A stretch of 64,000 nt of DNA from Cyanophora paradoxa CCMP329 (taxonomy: Eukaryota > Plantae > Glaucophyta), in NCBI GenBank assembly GCA_004431415.1, contig QPMI01000205.1, positions 1 through 64,000 of the forward strand, in the 5' to 3' direction. The translations under genes were made by a program, and so were the position numbers. The stretch's first letter is position 1. Each line of letters begins with the position of its first letter. Shown here piece by piece: positions 35,054 through 45,227 of the stretch. Under the pieces are notes generated by a model. That model was not told the DNA's origin, made no database searches, and worked only from the letters and a program-made list of their open reading frames with translations.

Positions 35054-35701
35054 TCACTCCCAGCGATGCCGGAGCCCTAGCTTAGTGAAGCCGCTCAGCA
35101 TTGGCTTGTACTCGATCGCCGGCCCGACAGGATCAGCACTGCTAGAGGCGATGCGCAGGATCGATGCGTTAGCTACAGGCAGCTCGCTAGCATTCTCATC
35201 GACCTCAGGGATCGCAACGATCGTCTTGGCAGGAACAGCAGCTGCAGGAGGGGCAACCTTCTTCTCGATCTTTGTCTTCGTGATCGGTTCATTTAAAATC
35301 TTGTTTTCCATCTTAGTCTCAGCCGCGATGCCAGCTATAAGGTCACTAGCTCGCTTCTTTGAAACTGTCTTAAGACCGGTCACAGTTTTAATGAAATACC
35401 TGCTACGATTAGCCGTCTCTGAGATGTACAGCGGCCCATCGTCAGTATCCTTTAGCTTGCTAGTCTTGGTCTTCTTAGTCCGCGAATTCGGGATCTTATC
35501 AAGAATAGCGTTCTCGTCGGCGGTAAGAGCGTAATCGATGGATGCACCCTCACCGCCACCAGCGCGACGGACTAGCGGGTAAGCACCAGTATCACCACTC
35601 AAGAACTCGATGTGATTCTTCTTAGTAGGGCTGGAAGCGACTTCAAGCTGCGGAGTGCGCAGCCGAGACTGCATGTCTGTCGACTTCTTTCGCGGAGGCA
35701 T
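35054..35701 (-). CDS. Polinton hypothetical basic protein (215 aa), possibly a core/DNA-binding protein
   Basis: Intact Lys-rich ORF starting MPPRKKS (NLS-like), directly downstream of the minor capsid gene. Confidence 0.6.
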   Translation of the reverse strand: MPPRKKSTDMQSRLRTPQLEVASSPTKKNHIEFLSGDTGAYPLVRRAGGGEGASIDYALTADENAILDKIPNSRTKKTKTSKLKDTDDGPLYISETANRSRYFIKTVTGLKTVSKKRASDLIAGIAAETKMENKILNEPITKTKIEKKVAPPAAAVPAKTIVAIPEVDENASELPVANASILRIASSSADPVGPAIEYKPMLSGFTKLGLRHRWE

Positions 35702-35727
35702 CTTTTAACTAAGCAGTGGGAAAAAAC

Positions 35728-36624
35728 TTATGCGAACGATCTGTCGAAGGGGACGTACTCGCTGGCTGCATTCTTAATTGCGGATTTAGCAGCAGCAGAC
35801 GTGTAAGAGACATCCTCGATATCGAACTCTAGCACGAACGAGAACTCTGTGTTTGTGACAGCGTCTGTTCCATTATGATAGCGCAGCGATATGTCAAGTT
35901 CAGACAGCTCAGCGTTTCGATCGAAGCCTGTGACGGGAACACGATCCTCAGATGTGAACTTGATGAGCTCCCCGAATTTTGAGTCGATGTGAATCTTTGC
36001 GATCGAGCCCGTTGTATAGGGGTTAAGTGTCAAGATCGGGCCTTTGATCTGCTGAATGTACAGGAACAAATACGTGTGATAAAGTAGATCAACTGGCATA
36101 TCGCTGAACAGCTCGTACGAATATTGTACGCCATCGATTGTCTCAGGTGTGTCAAGCTCACTGGAAAGGTCACTGAGAGTCTTCGCAAACCCGAGCAGGT
36201 TCGATAGTTCGGCCGATGTGAAGCTCAAAATAAAGTCCGCTTCACACAGGAACCTAAGCCGCATTGAGATCTCTTCGAACTGAACGACGAACTTGCGCTG
36301 ATAAGTAGTTCCGCCGTAACTATACTGCTGGGTTTTAAGAAGCGTGCTTAGATAGTTTGCAAGGGAGGTTGGCGTATAGACTCCGGGCTTGAAAGTGTTG
36401 GCACGTGTTTTCTCAACGCCAGAGGGATCAAGGGTGCCGGTGATAATTGCGGCTTGTGTGGACAGGTTGAACATGTTATGAAACAGTTCTAGCGAATCAA
36501 CTCGCACCGACTTTACATTAACGAGGGGCCTTGGGAGATTGATCTTGAAATTCGAGGACGTGCCTTCGAACCGGTCCCTAGAATCGACATTTACGCGGAG
36601 CTTCATCTTTACAACAATATGCAT
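35728..36624 (-). CDS. Minor capsid (penton, single jelly-roll) protein
   Basis: N-terminal VNVDSRDRFEGTSSNFKINLPRPLVNVKSVRVDSLEL..NMFN and C-terminal LSELDISLRYHNG..EFSFVLEF, typical of Polinton/PLV mCP; start 36624 or 36606. Confidence 0.8.
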   Translation of the reverse strand: MHIVVKMKLRVNVDSRDRFEGTSSNFKINLPRPLVNVKSVRVDSLELFHNMFNLSTQAAIITGTLDPSGVEKTRANTFKPGVYTPTSLANYLSTLLKTQQYSYGGTTYQRKFVVQFEEISMRLRFLCEADFILSFTSAELSNLLGFAKTLSDLSSELDTPETIDGVQYSYELFSDMPVDLLYHTYLFLYIQQIKGPILTLNPYTTGSIAKIHIDSKFGELIKFTSEDRVPVTGFDRNAELSELDISLRYHNGTDAVTNTEFSFVLEFDIEDVSYTSAAAKSAIKNAASEYVPFDRSFA

Positions 36625-36650
36625 GAAAATTTTCTGGTCTATAATAGCAA

Positions 36651-37879
36651 ATGGCGCAAGCAGGAACAACTCTAAAGGAGCTCCTCACTACCAAAGGTTC
36701 AAGCGAACTTTATTTATCCCCAGGTCTCACTGTCGGTGTCAGCCCCAAGTTCAAGCCTTTCCTTGAAACGATCCGTCCGCGAGGCAACTCGTACGGCTTC
36801 GCGCAGACTGCCGCTTTCGACCTTCCGCGCAAGCAGCTTCTAAACGGTGTCTCGCTATACTTTAAGGTCAGCGTCGCTGGCGGAGCTGCCGCCTCGGTGC
36901 TGCCTAATGGCGCTGGTGCATTTATTGAAAACGTGCGCTTTGTTCATGGATCCTTCAAGATGGTGATCCCTGGAGACTGGCTCACTGTGAACGCGCTCAT
37001 TGATAATAGCGTTGCGTCCGCCCAGGCTTTTGCTAGCAGCTACGGCTTTGGAAAGGACGCGGCTCTTGAGATTCTCGATGCGAGTCGCGAGTACGTACTA
37101 AAGATCCCCTCCCAGCTCTGGGACAATTCGTACTTCCCGCTGCTCGCACTGGCTGACATGCCAACCGTCGAAATTGACTTCCGTTCGGCTGGCGTGGTTG
37201 GAACTGTCGCTAGTGCTGTTGCAACTCTAACGGATTGTGCCCTGGTTTGCCAGTTCGTGAATATCCTAGCGAAGAGGCTGAGTCTATGCTTAAATCTGCA
37301 AACGAGAGCGGTGGTATTCGAATTCCTTTCACCGAGATTATTTCAAAGCGCTCGAGGCAGTTAAAGACTGACGACGCGGGGAATGCAGTCGAAATCTCCC
37401 TTGCCAACGTCAGCGGCCTTGTGCACGCGATCCTGATGACAGTGCGTAATGCGAATCACCTGGGCACTCGCAATCACAATTCATTTGCTGGCAACGGAAA
37501 TGCGCTGAAAATCGATTCGTTTGAGATCATGCACAACAACCGAACTCTCGACATCAGCAATAAGCCAATCTCTGGGTTTGTATCATCGTGCTATCACATT
37601 CCAACTCAATACCGCGGTGCAACCACTGGCAATTCAGCCCTTGGCTTCGAGGACGGAAATGTCTATGGGATTGTGCTTTCGAAATCTGGCAAAGACTCAC
37701 TGCATAACGCTGTCCTCGGCTACACAGACTTCTTTAATTCCAGCAGCAGCTACTGCTCGCTAACTGTGACCGGCTGCACAAACGCAGCGCCAGCAGTTGT
37801 TGACTTCCACGTCCTGCGCCACAATGTTCTCGTAATTAACTCGTATCAAATGTCAACTCTAAAGGTAAGTAACTTCTAG
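36651..37879 (+). CDS. Major capsid protein (double jelly-roll), split by a 1-nt frameshift near 37265
   Basis: FDLPRKQLLNGVSLYF, GAFIENVRF, FPLLAL..TVEIDFR, DCALVCQFVNI; restoring one C (ATC CCT AGC) joins it to the downstream frame for ~409 aa; lies between mCP and ATPase. Confidence 0.8.
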
Positions 37880-38595
37880 ATGGATATCAAACTGTTTGAT
37901 CCTACAGAAATAAAACTGCCTAAACGGTTCTTGTTTGTCGGCCCCACCAACTCGGGAAAAGCACCTACGTTAAACACGTATTAAATGCAGTAGCTCCGCA
38001 GCTAGACGATATCTTCGTATTTAGTACCACAGCATTTACAGAACAGTGGGACGACACGACTCGCTCAAACAATATTCACGAAGAATGGGATCCAGTTTTG
38101 GTTGAGAGTCTTCTAGAGCAACAAAAAGAAAGGCGACGCAAGAAAGATGAGCGCAAGATTGCAATCGTTCTAGATGATTTGCTCGATAATGACCTTGTGA
38201 ACGTCCACAGCGACCGATTAATGCAAAAGCTTTTTACTAGTGGGCGTCATTATAACATGAGCCTTTTTGTAACCACTCAACGTCTTTGTGGAATCAGCCC
38301 TACAGTTCGAAGGAATTGCGAGTACGTCTGTTTCTCATCAATTCTCTCAAACGTTAAAGAGTTCAACTGCGTTTTCGACGAATACAACGCCGGAGCGACT
38401 CGAGCAAATCTAATGCGTCTTTTCGTTGAATTGAATCATTCGTATCAGGTTTTGATATATGAAGCTGCGACCGCGGACCGCGTTTATTCTGTTGACAAAT
38501 CGTCTGGAACGACTTCGGCTCTATTGCGCTTTGTGCGCGTAAAAAAGCAGCGCGATCAAAAGTCGGTAGCCAAGGCTGTCGCAACAACCAGCTAG
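37880..38595 (+). CDS. A32/FtsK-like genome packaging ATPase, 1-nt frameshift in Walker A (A-run ~37957-37960)
   Basis: FVGPTNSGK[ST] Walker A, IVLDDLLD Walker B, LFTSGRHYNMSLFVTTQ..ISPTVRRNC; ATG directly follows the MCP stop. Confidence 0.92.
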
Positions 38596-38746
38596 TATAT
38601 TCCGGTTTCGCTGAGGCAATCCACAGGAACGATGTGCCCTTGTAAATGCCGAACGAAATCAGATGATCAGGCGATTCGTGAGTTCTTCCAGGCCAGCAGT
38701 CTTCGAGATTAAACTCTTCCTCTACCGTTTCGAATTCGAGTTCCAT
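38363..38746 (-). CDS. Small protein with FGxYKG..PEY..WL motif (DUF3820/ExoX C-terminal-like)
   Basis: LISFGIYKGTSFLWIASAKPEYTSWLLRQPW; overlaps the ATPase 3' end convergently. Confidence 0.55.
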   Translation of the reverse strand: MELEFETVEEEFNLEDCWPGRTHESPDHLISFGIYKGTSFLWIASAKPEYTSWLLRQPWLPTFDRAAFLRAQSAIEPKSFQTICQQNKRGPRSQLHISKPDTNDSIQRKDALDLLESLRRCIRRKRS

Positions 38747-38807
38747 TAAAAAAATAATCAGCAGACAAGCTGCCTCGGCTGCGCCCAAGGGGTGTTATTC
38801 CCTTCAT

Positions 38808-39338
38808 TCAAACCTGTGGGAAGTTCAACCGCAAGAATGGTTTGTCCTCTTCGCTGGTATGTTCCAATGCATATGCATCGCGAGCACGAGCTGCAGCCTC
38901 TGCTGTTTGAAACAGACCGATGTGCTTTTGGCGGTCATTTATCTTATAGTATGCTTTCCATTTACCATGTTGCTGATGGAAGCTGACGCCAATGTATCCT
39001 GAAGTGTTATCTCGCCGCTGTCCACGATTCAAATTCTGTTGACGAGCTGTTGCTAAACGGAGGTTGTCGTGACGATTGTCTTTTGGATCGTTGTTGATAT
39101 GATCTAACGTCAACCCATTCTCAAGATTGCCACTGATGAATGTATGCAAGTACACGCTCTTTCCGTTGATTTTGGCTCGAGCATATCCATTGTCCAAACT
39201 CCAGCGAAATCCCAGCACACGCTCAGCATCATCGTGTGACACGAGAGCGTAGGCGACGATGACTTTGCGTCGATTGCGAATTCCTATCAGCGGGATCAAA
39301 GCAGTGCCCTCTGGTACATCAGGAACGATAACCTCCAT
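38808..39338 (-). CDS. HNH endonuclease fused to AP2 DNA-binding domain
   Basis: VYLHTFI..TLDHINNDPKDNRHDNLRLATARQQNLN (HNH) plus NTSGYIGVSF..KWKAY..KHIGLFQTAEAAARARD (AP2). The ORF is open up to 39407. Confidence 0.93.
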   Translation of the reverse strand: MEVIVPDVPEGTALIPLIGIRNRRKVIVAYALVSHDDAERVLGFRWSLDNGYARAKINGKSVYLHTFISGNLENGLTLDHINNDPKDNRHDNLRLATARQQNLNRGQRRDNTSGYIGVSFHQQHGKWKAYYKINDRQKHIGLFQTAEAAARARDAYALEHTSEEDKPFLRLNFPQV

Positions 39339-39469
39339 CTGCGCAGCGAGCTGCTTGTCTGCGACTTTTTTGTTACATCTACAGATTGCATTATCTTTAA
39401 GCCTCAAAAGTCGCGCTAATTTGTCTTAAAAGGATTTATGTCTCTTATTATTGAGAGACAAGCCGAACA

Positions 39470-39814
39470 ATGACTTCTGCAATTACTGCGGATTGCGCTG
39501 CGGTTAAACGTGGCCGTGGGCGACCTCCTAAGGTTCGTCTTTTAACAATGGAGCCTTATCAGCCGAAGAAGAAGGGTCCTAAACCGATCGAGGTCACCCC
39601 GGAGATTTTAGCAGAGCGACGCAGAAAGAATGCTGAACGCAATCGCAAACTGCGCCACACGAACGAAACATACCGTTTGAAACAGCTTGCCATCACAGCG
39701 AAGTATCGAGCTGAGAATCCTGATCGGATCCGGGAGTACCACAGGAATGCTATTGCGCGTAGATGCCTCGCGAAGAGCGGAGCTTCTGTAGAGCTCGAGG
39801 TGATGCAGCTTTAG
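39470..39814 (+). CDS. Small AT-hook/basic helical DNA-binding protein
   Basis: KRGRGRPPK AT-hook, followed by basic helix ERRRKNAERNRKLR. Confidence 0.65.
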   Translation: MTSAITADCAAVKRGRGRPPKVRLLTMEPYQPKKKGPKPIEVTPEILAERRRKNAERNRKLRHTNETYRLKQLAITAKYRAENPDRIREYHRNAIARRCLAKSGASVELEVMQL

Positions 39815-40700
39815 CACCTGCTCGTAGCTTTGGCTCCCCTGCAATCTCAAGCTTCTTGAGCTCTCGATACTGCCGGCTTTGGCCGCTGTATTTTTTCGTT
39901 TCGATCAAACCCTCACGTCTCAATCGTCTCTGCTGTCGCATTTGCACTTCTTCTTTTTCGATTCGTGTTTGAGGTGCAAGCTCACGCGGTTGACGTATTT
40001 CCGATGGTTTAACACGTCTAGAAATTTCCACACCCTGTTTCGTAACGAGTCGAACACGGTTCTTATCAGCGCCAGCAACTATGTACGTCTCCTTGCTTGG
40101 CTTTGTGGTTCCCTTCGCAAAAACGCTTGGCTTCGGCTCGAGAACTTGCACTTCGGTCCCTGTGCACGGTATGTTCGAATTGTCTCGTTCAATATCGTTC
40201 TGTCGCTGTCTAACTTGATGCAGCTGCTCGGCTACCTGTGTATTTTCCCGCATCCACTTCGGTGAGTGCTCCCCGCCGAAAGAGCTGTGGGCTGTTTCAT
40301 TGTACGCCTTGACAATTGCCGGCAAACGTGAGAGGAAATGCGGGGAGCCACGAGCTTCTGTATCAGTCTGAATCAGTGCTCGCAATGTCCTCGCGAACCT
40401 GTCGATAATTCCCAGCTTGGAGCCTTTTGAAATGTGATCATCCTTAGCCACATCAGTATGCATTTTCAACGAGTTCTCTTCAGCCATTTCCCGAATTGCC
40501 GCTGTGTTGAAGCCGTTGTCTCCTGAAAAGCCCCATATTCCAGGTAGCTGCTCGATCATTTTTGGAAGCTGCTTAAAAGTCTCGAGCTTACGTACCACAG
40601 CGAAACGGGTTGCAATCTCGACCGCTGCGAACAGGCGAAATCTCCCAATGAACAGCACGTCAATTTGCCACGCACCCGGTGGCGCAGTAATCTGGTACAT
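39750..40700 (-). CDS. Retroviral-like (rve) integrase of Polinton type
   Basis: WQIDVLF (D1), FSGDNGFN (D2), LGIIDRFARTLR (third acidic residue), IVKAYNETAHSS, SH3-like GTEVQVL..VFAKG..SKETYIV; fits the 6-bp TSD. Confidence 0.88.
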   Translation of the reverse strand: MYQITAPPGAWQIDVLFIGRFRLFAAVEIATRFAVVRKLETFKQLPKMIEQLPGIWGFSGDNGFNTAAIREMAEENSLKMHTDVAKDDHISKGSKLGIIDRFARTLRALIQTDTEARGSPHFLSRLPAIVKAYNETAHSSFGGEHSPKWMRENTQVAEQLHQVRQRQNDIERDNSNIPCTGTEVQVLEPKPSVFAKGTTKPSKETYIVAGADKNRVRLVTKQGVEISRRVKPSEIRQPRELAPQTRIEKEEVQMRQQRRLRREGLIETKKYSGQSRQYRELKKLEIAGEPKLRAGAKAASPRALQKLRSSRGIYAQ

Positions 40701-40709
40701 CGTTGTAAA

Positions 40710-43700
40710 TCAGGCGCGATTTTTATAATGGCCAATCGCTCGGGTGTTGATCCCGTCAGTCTCGAGGAAGCGTTTGGTATCAAGGGGATGGAGAGCCTGG
40801 CGCGAGGTTCGTTGTAAATAAATCTCATGTTGTTTCGAGCGGAAACCGAGAATTCCTTTGATGTCATACGATTGCTTTTCTCCCTCTTTAGGACAGACGC
40901 ACCGGAGGAATACATCCCTTGTGAGTCTGTTGTAGTACGTCTTTTGAATACCCTTGCATACCTGCTTGTCCGTGCAATCTTCACGCGAATAATAGTAAGA
41001 TTTCGGCCGGTTAGCGATCCACTCTGTCATTTGCAGACCATGGAGCTCATCCTTGAATAATCCCGGAGTTTTCCCCATCGATCGTAGAGCTCGAACCTCA
41101 TCGGCTGTCATGCCATCGAAGAATCGATGTGTCTCTGGGTAGTCGCTAACATCCAGCTCATGCTTGATTGAGCGTAAATCAGCATAGATATCTTTGGTGC
41201 GAACCTCGATGATGAGACTGTCAGTATCCGTACCTAATAGTGTCAGCCGCTGGCCCCAAAGCGGCTTGAGCACCTGGTAGTAAAAGCGGTACATGTGCAG
41301 CTTGGAAAGTTCGAGGATGACGAACCCGCAGTAGATAGGTTTGTTCAGATTGTACTCACTTTTGCGCTTGGAAACGAATACAAGGTTCTCTTCGTACATC
41401 ACCACCTGCTTCAACCGATTTGGTTCGCTGTTGATCTTCACCAGACGGTCTCCCGAAGTCACAAGCTCTGAAAAGCAGTGCTTTCTCACGTTCTCCATCG
41501 TCTTTCCGAAGACACTGTTGTTCATCAACTTGTAAAGGTCCTTCTGGTATGTGAACTGCGATTCTTTACGTTTTTGAGTATTGAGATCTATGAAACGCCC
41601 TAGCCATGCGCTTTGTTCGTACGATAGGACCCGATGGATGTTGGTTACTATCATTCCCAGTGACGTATAGAGCTGAAGCAAGCGTCCATCAACAACATAA
41701 TTCTTTTTTGGAAGCAGATTCGGAACGAGCTTTGGAGTTCGTTCAACTGAGGTAAGCTTCTCGTCGTTAATCATATCCTGTTGTCTCGTCGTCGTACATG
41801 AGCCACGATTCCTTGTGTGTTCGGTAGTAGTTAGACATGCATGTAGACTGTGAGACTGTAGGCTCAACAGCGTGGGTGTATTTGTTGAACTTTATGCTCA
41901 AATATTTGTTCTCAGCTTGTGCGTAGCGTTTTGAGATCATTGAGATTCCGCCCCTGATCCCCGATTCTATAAATCTGTGCATATCCTGCTGTCCCTCGTG
42001 AAAGAGCTCGAGCTTCACTCCAGTGTGCTTAAGTGCTGCCTGCCAAGCAAATCCCGGCGATGACATAAAATAGCTAGGATCTAGGCCATACGTTTCAATA
42101 CACGTATCGCGATAGTTTTCGAACACGTCCGCTAGTAACGTGATATCTGTCATCATATACTCCATTGTATAGTCTGATAGCATTCTGCAGCCGAGCTCTC
42201 GCCAAACATCCTTGGCATGTGCGTACTCATCTTTCGAGCATTTCTTCTGTTTAAGCTGATTTTTGAAATAACGACGTGCAGGTAGTTTAGTCTCTTGAAA
42301 GCGAGCCCAGCTCGTCATGTAATCATAAGGGTAAATGCCTTTGCCTGTCATCAGCTTGAACTGAGTCTCGTCCAGATGCAGCGAGCGCGTGATCTTCTTC
42401 TTTTCCGCGGGCAGAGCCTTTGCTAGTTCGTCCAAGCTTGCATTCAAGTGCTGAGCCGAGTCGCGTAGAACGTAAATTCCATACTTGAACTGCGAAATTC
42501 GCTCGCTATTCTGAAAGAACTGATCGAATTTTATCGAAAGGAGACTCTGCGGGCGGAGCCGGCGTTCGAGCCCCTTCTTCACCTTCTTTTTCTGCTCTGG
42601 GGTCATCTCACGTCCACCGTACTTGCTTTCAAACTCGCTTTCGACATGTGCTTGAAACTCCTTCCAAACTGCTAAACGGCGATTATAGCCAGATGCTAGA
42701 GCGCGCACGAGCAGGTGGAAGTCAAATCCTCGACCATTGTGCCAGAATATTGGAACGGCTGCTGCCTTTGCGCGACGCCGATTGCACGCTCTGCAGGCGG
42801 CCCCGAGGTATCGTCCAGAATCGTGGCAGTGATCGCGGTGCTTGTCTTTCGCATCCTTGAACGTGTCCGTGCACATGTAGCACTCGGTCCTCGTTTGAAA
42901 ACGCTGCTCCTCTTCCTGAGTCATCTGGATTGGTGCAGTCTCTCGCAAGAGCTCTCGAAATTGTGGTTCCATTTCGTCCAACCATTGCACGAACTTCTCA
43001 GCGCAGTCCTCGCTCTCCGAACCCATGTATTTGAAACAAAATTGTTCACCTTTCGAAGATACAACCAGACAGCCGACTGAAGCAATCACATGCACACCTT
43101 TCTTTTCGGTCTTTCCACTAATGCAGGGAATCGGCATTGTAATCGTCTCTGAATCAGCATATCCGACCAGACGTTGCCGGATTGAGTACTCATAGTTAAT
43201 AAACTTCTGGATGTGGGCTCCTTTTCTAGGCAGAACATCTCTCGCATGCTCGTCTCGATCGAGGCAACGGTCATATTTAAGATGATTCTCAAACGCAGCA
43301 CCTGAGCTAAAACCTGTTTGACACGCAAGACAATAGTGTTTGGCGGGAGAATCATGTTTTCCAAACAGACGTGAGATGTTCTTGATCCAGAGATAATGCC
43401 CTACATCATTGTCGCTGCCTGCAGGTACATACAAGATTGGTATTGCGTCTTTTGCTGCGCTGATATGGATTGGTACAATGTCCTGTTCATCTAATGCTGT
43501 CGTATAAATACATAGGTTTACGTTGTTAGCCTGCTCGAACTTTTTGAAAACCTTTGAATCTAGCGGGGTGGGAAATGTGAGCATAGTGCAGTCTAAAGAG
43601 CTCTCATACGGTCGATAATGACAAGCACTGCGTGAATCCTGGCCCGGTCGTAGCGCGTGCTGAGCTGCAAGTACAGCATACTTGAAGCATTCATTGTTCG

Positions 43701-44532
43701 GAGCATCGATATTGATGAGTGCCTGCTTCTCCACAAGCCACCGCGGGAGTATGAACCTACGTCCACGACCACCCATGCGGCGGAAGTATCGCACAGTTTT
43801 AAAGACCAGATGTATCCATGTGTCGAAAACTGAGGAATCCCTGCTTTTCTCTGTCGCAAGAATGTCTAGTTCTTCCAGCTGTGAGCGCAGAGCAGTCTCG
43901 ATGCTTGCCCCTGGCTCGATGCGATCGAAACGACGATGCTCAATAATGATTGCAATTGTTGTATCAGTCTCTGGCTTTCTGTATACCGCTAATCCAGAGA
44001 TTTGTAGTGCAATGCCCATTCTTACCGCCTCTGCAAGATTTACCTGGGCGCTAACGAATGCTATTGCGTTCTGTTTGAAAAGTTCGTTGTTCTCAAATCG
44101 GGCTTGCATCGAGGTTACGCGGCCAGAACCGCGAGGCAATTGGTATTTCCACTCCGCATATCGCCCGTCAAGCGCTGTAGTCGTATTGCTGTCATTGATT
44201 TGAACATCATCTCCACCGTCAACCTCAGGTAATTCTGAGAACCCTCGAACAATGTCGGCCTGGCCCTCAGCAATCGCTAGCTCTAGTCGACGACCTGACA
44301 CAGGACGCGCTGACCTAGGAAGTCTTGCAAGTTCGTTCAAAAGTGAAGCGTACTTTTCCAAAGTTGCAAACCGTGTTCTCGACCCTTGTGCTGAAATTCT
44401 AATCAATTTATTTTTGAAAGCTCCATGTATGACGCGTCGATTATACAATGAAATCGCGAGCGCTTCGATCTGGTCTTTGATTCTGGCCAACCGGAAGCGC
44501 CGAGTCGCTGCATTATTTTGGGTAACGTCCAT
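40710..44532 (-). pseudogene. Protein-primed family B DNA polymerase (Polinton type, endonuclease-VII-like Zn insert), disrupted at ~41785
   Basis: LINIDAPNNECFKYAV, ExoI YADSET, CYMC..RDHCHDSGRYLGAACRACN, ExoII HNGRGFDFH, KGIYPYDY, ExoIII YMMTDITLLADVFE, IRGGIS, motif B KLMNNSVFGK, motif C TDTDS; motif A breaks off after LMYDDE with a frame change. Confidence 0.9.
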
Positions 44533-44706
44533 TGGAAGTATATATCACAATTTTTTTGCTTGTTCCAAACGCAACTTCACATAGCAATATTGGAAAGGGA
44601 TCTCTTTAAGACAAAATAAGAGAAACCTCAATTGCGGTGACCCGTTGGTGATTCAAAGACCGGCGCGTTTGGGGCTCGAAGAGCAGGAAGCCTTCTGGCT
44701 GACGCT

Positions 44707-44949
44707 CCCGCCTCAATTCACTGCTATATCGTTTTGCAATATCGATCGACCTAGACACTAGATACTACCTAGTGGTTGCTGGATGGAAGGGGAGGTAGAC
44801 CAGAGGGAGAGAAGGGCGGTAGACGTAGCGAGAGAGTGGGAAAGAATGAGGGCTGGGAAGGCGCTGGAGTGGGTGAGTGAGGGGTGGGTTTGGGGGTTGA
44901 GGGTGGCAAAGAGGGCGGGCCCACCCTGATGGGGGTACTCTCATTTTTT
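44707..44949 (-). repeat. Right terminal inverted repeat
   Basis: Ends ...CCCTGATGGGGGTACTCTCATTTTTT; reverse complement of the left TIR. Confidence 0.93.
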
Positions 44950-44955
44950 CACCTA
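44950..44955 (+). repeat. Right target-site duplication CACCTA
   Basis: Matches 33733-33738. Confidence 0.9.
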
Positions 44956-45227
44956 TAGCGAAGTGCACCCGGGAATGAGGGCCGGGGAGTCGGGGACCGC
45001 GCTGCCGCTGCCGGCCACGGCCGCGGCCCCATGCCGCAGTGCAGCCGGCAGACCCCTGCGCGTGCCTGCAGCTTGCAATTGAGAGCGGCGCGTCCTCGAG
45101 TCCTGACGTCGGCCCTGGCGCCGGCAGCCGTGTTGGCACCCCGAGTCCCCTGGAAAAGGGCGCGAGTTCGCGGCAGGGTCGGGGTAGGCGGGATGTGCCC
45201 GGGCTTGTGGAGGGAGGGGGCCGGGGG

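Larger units (their letters stand above)
33739..44949. mobile_element. Endogenous Polinton/Maverick-type virus (11.2 kb, complete ends)
   Basis: TIRs, 6-bp TSD, abrupt drop in GC, intronless tightly packed ORFs for pPolB, rve integrase, double-jelly-roll MCP, minor capsid and A32 packaging ATPase. Confidence 0.95.
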
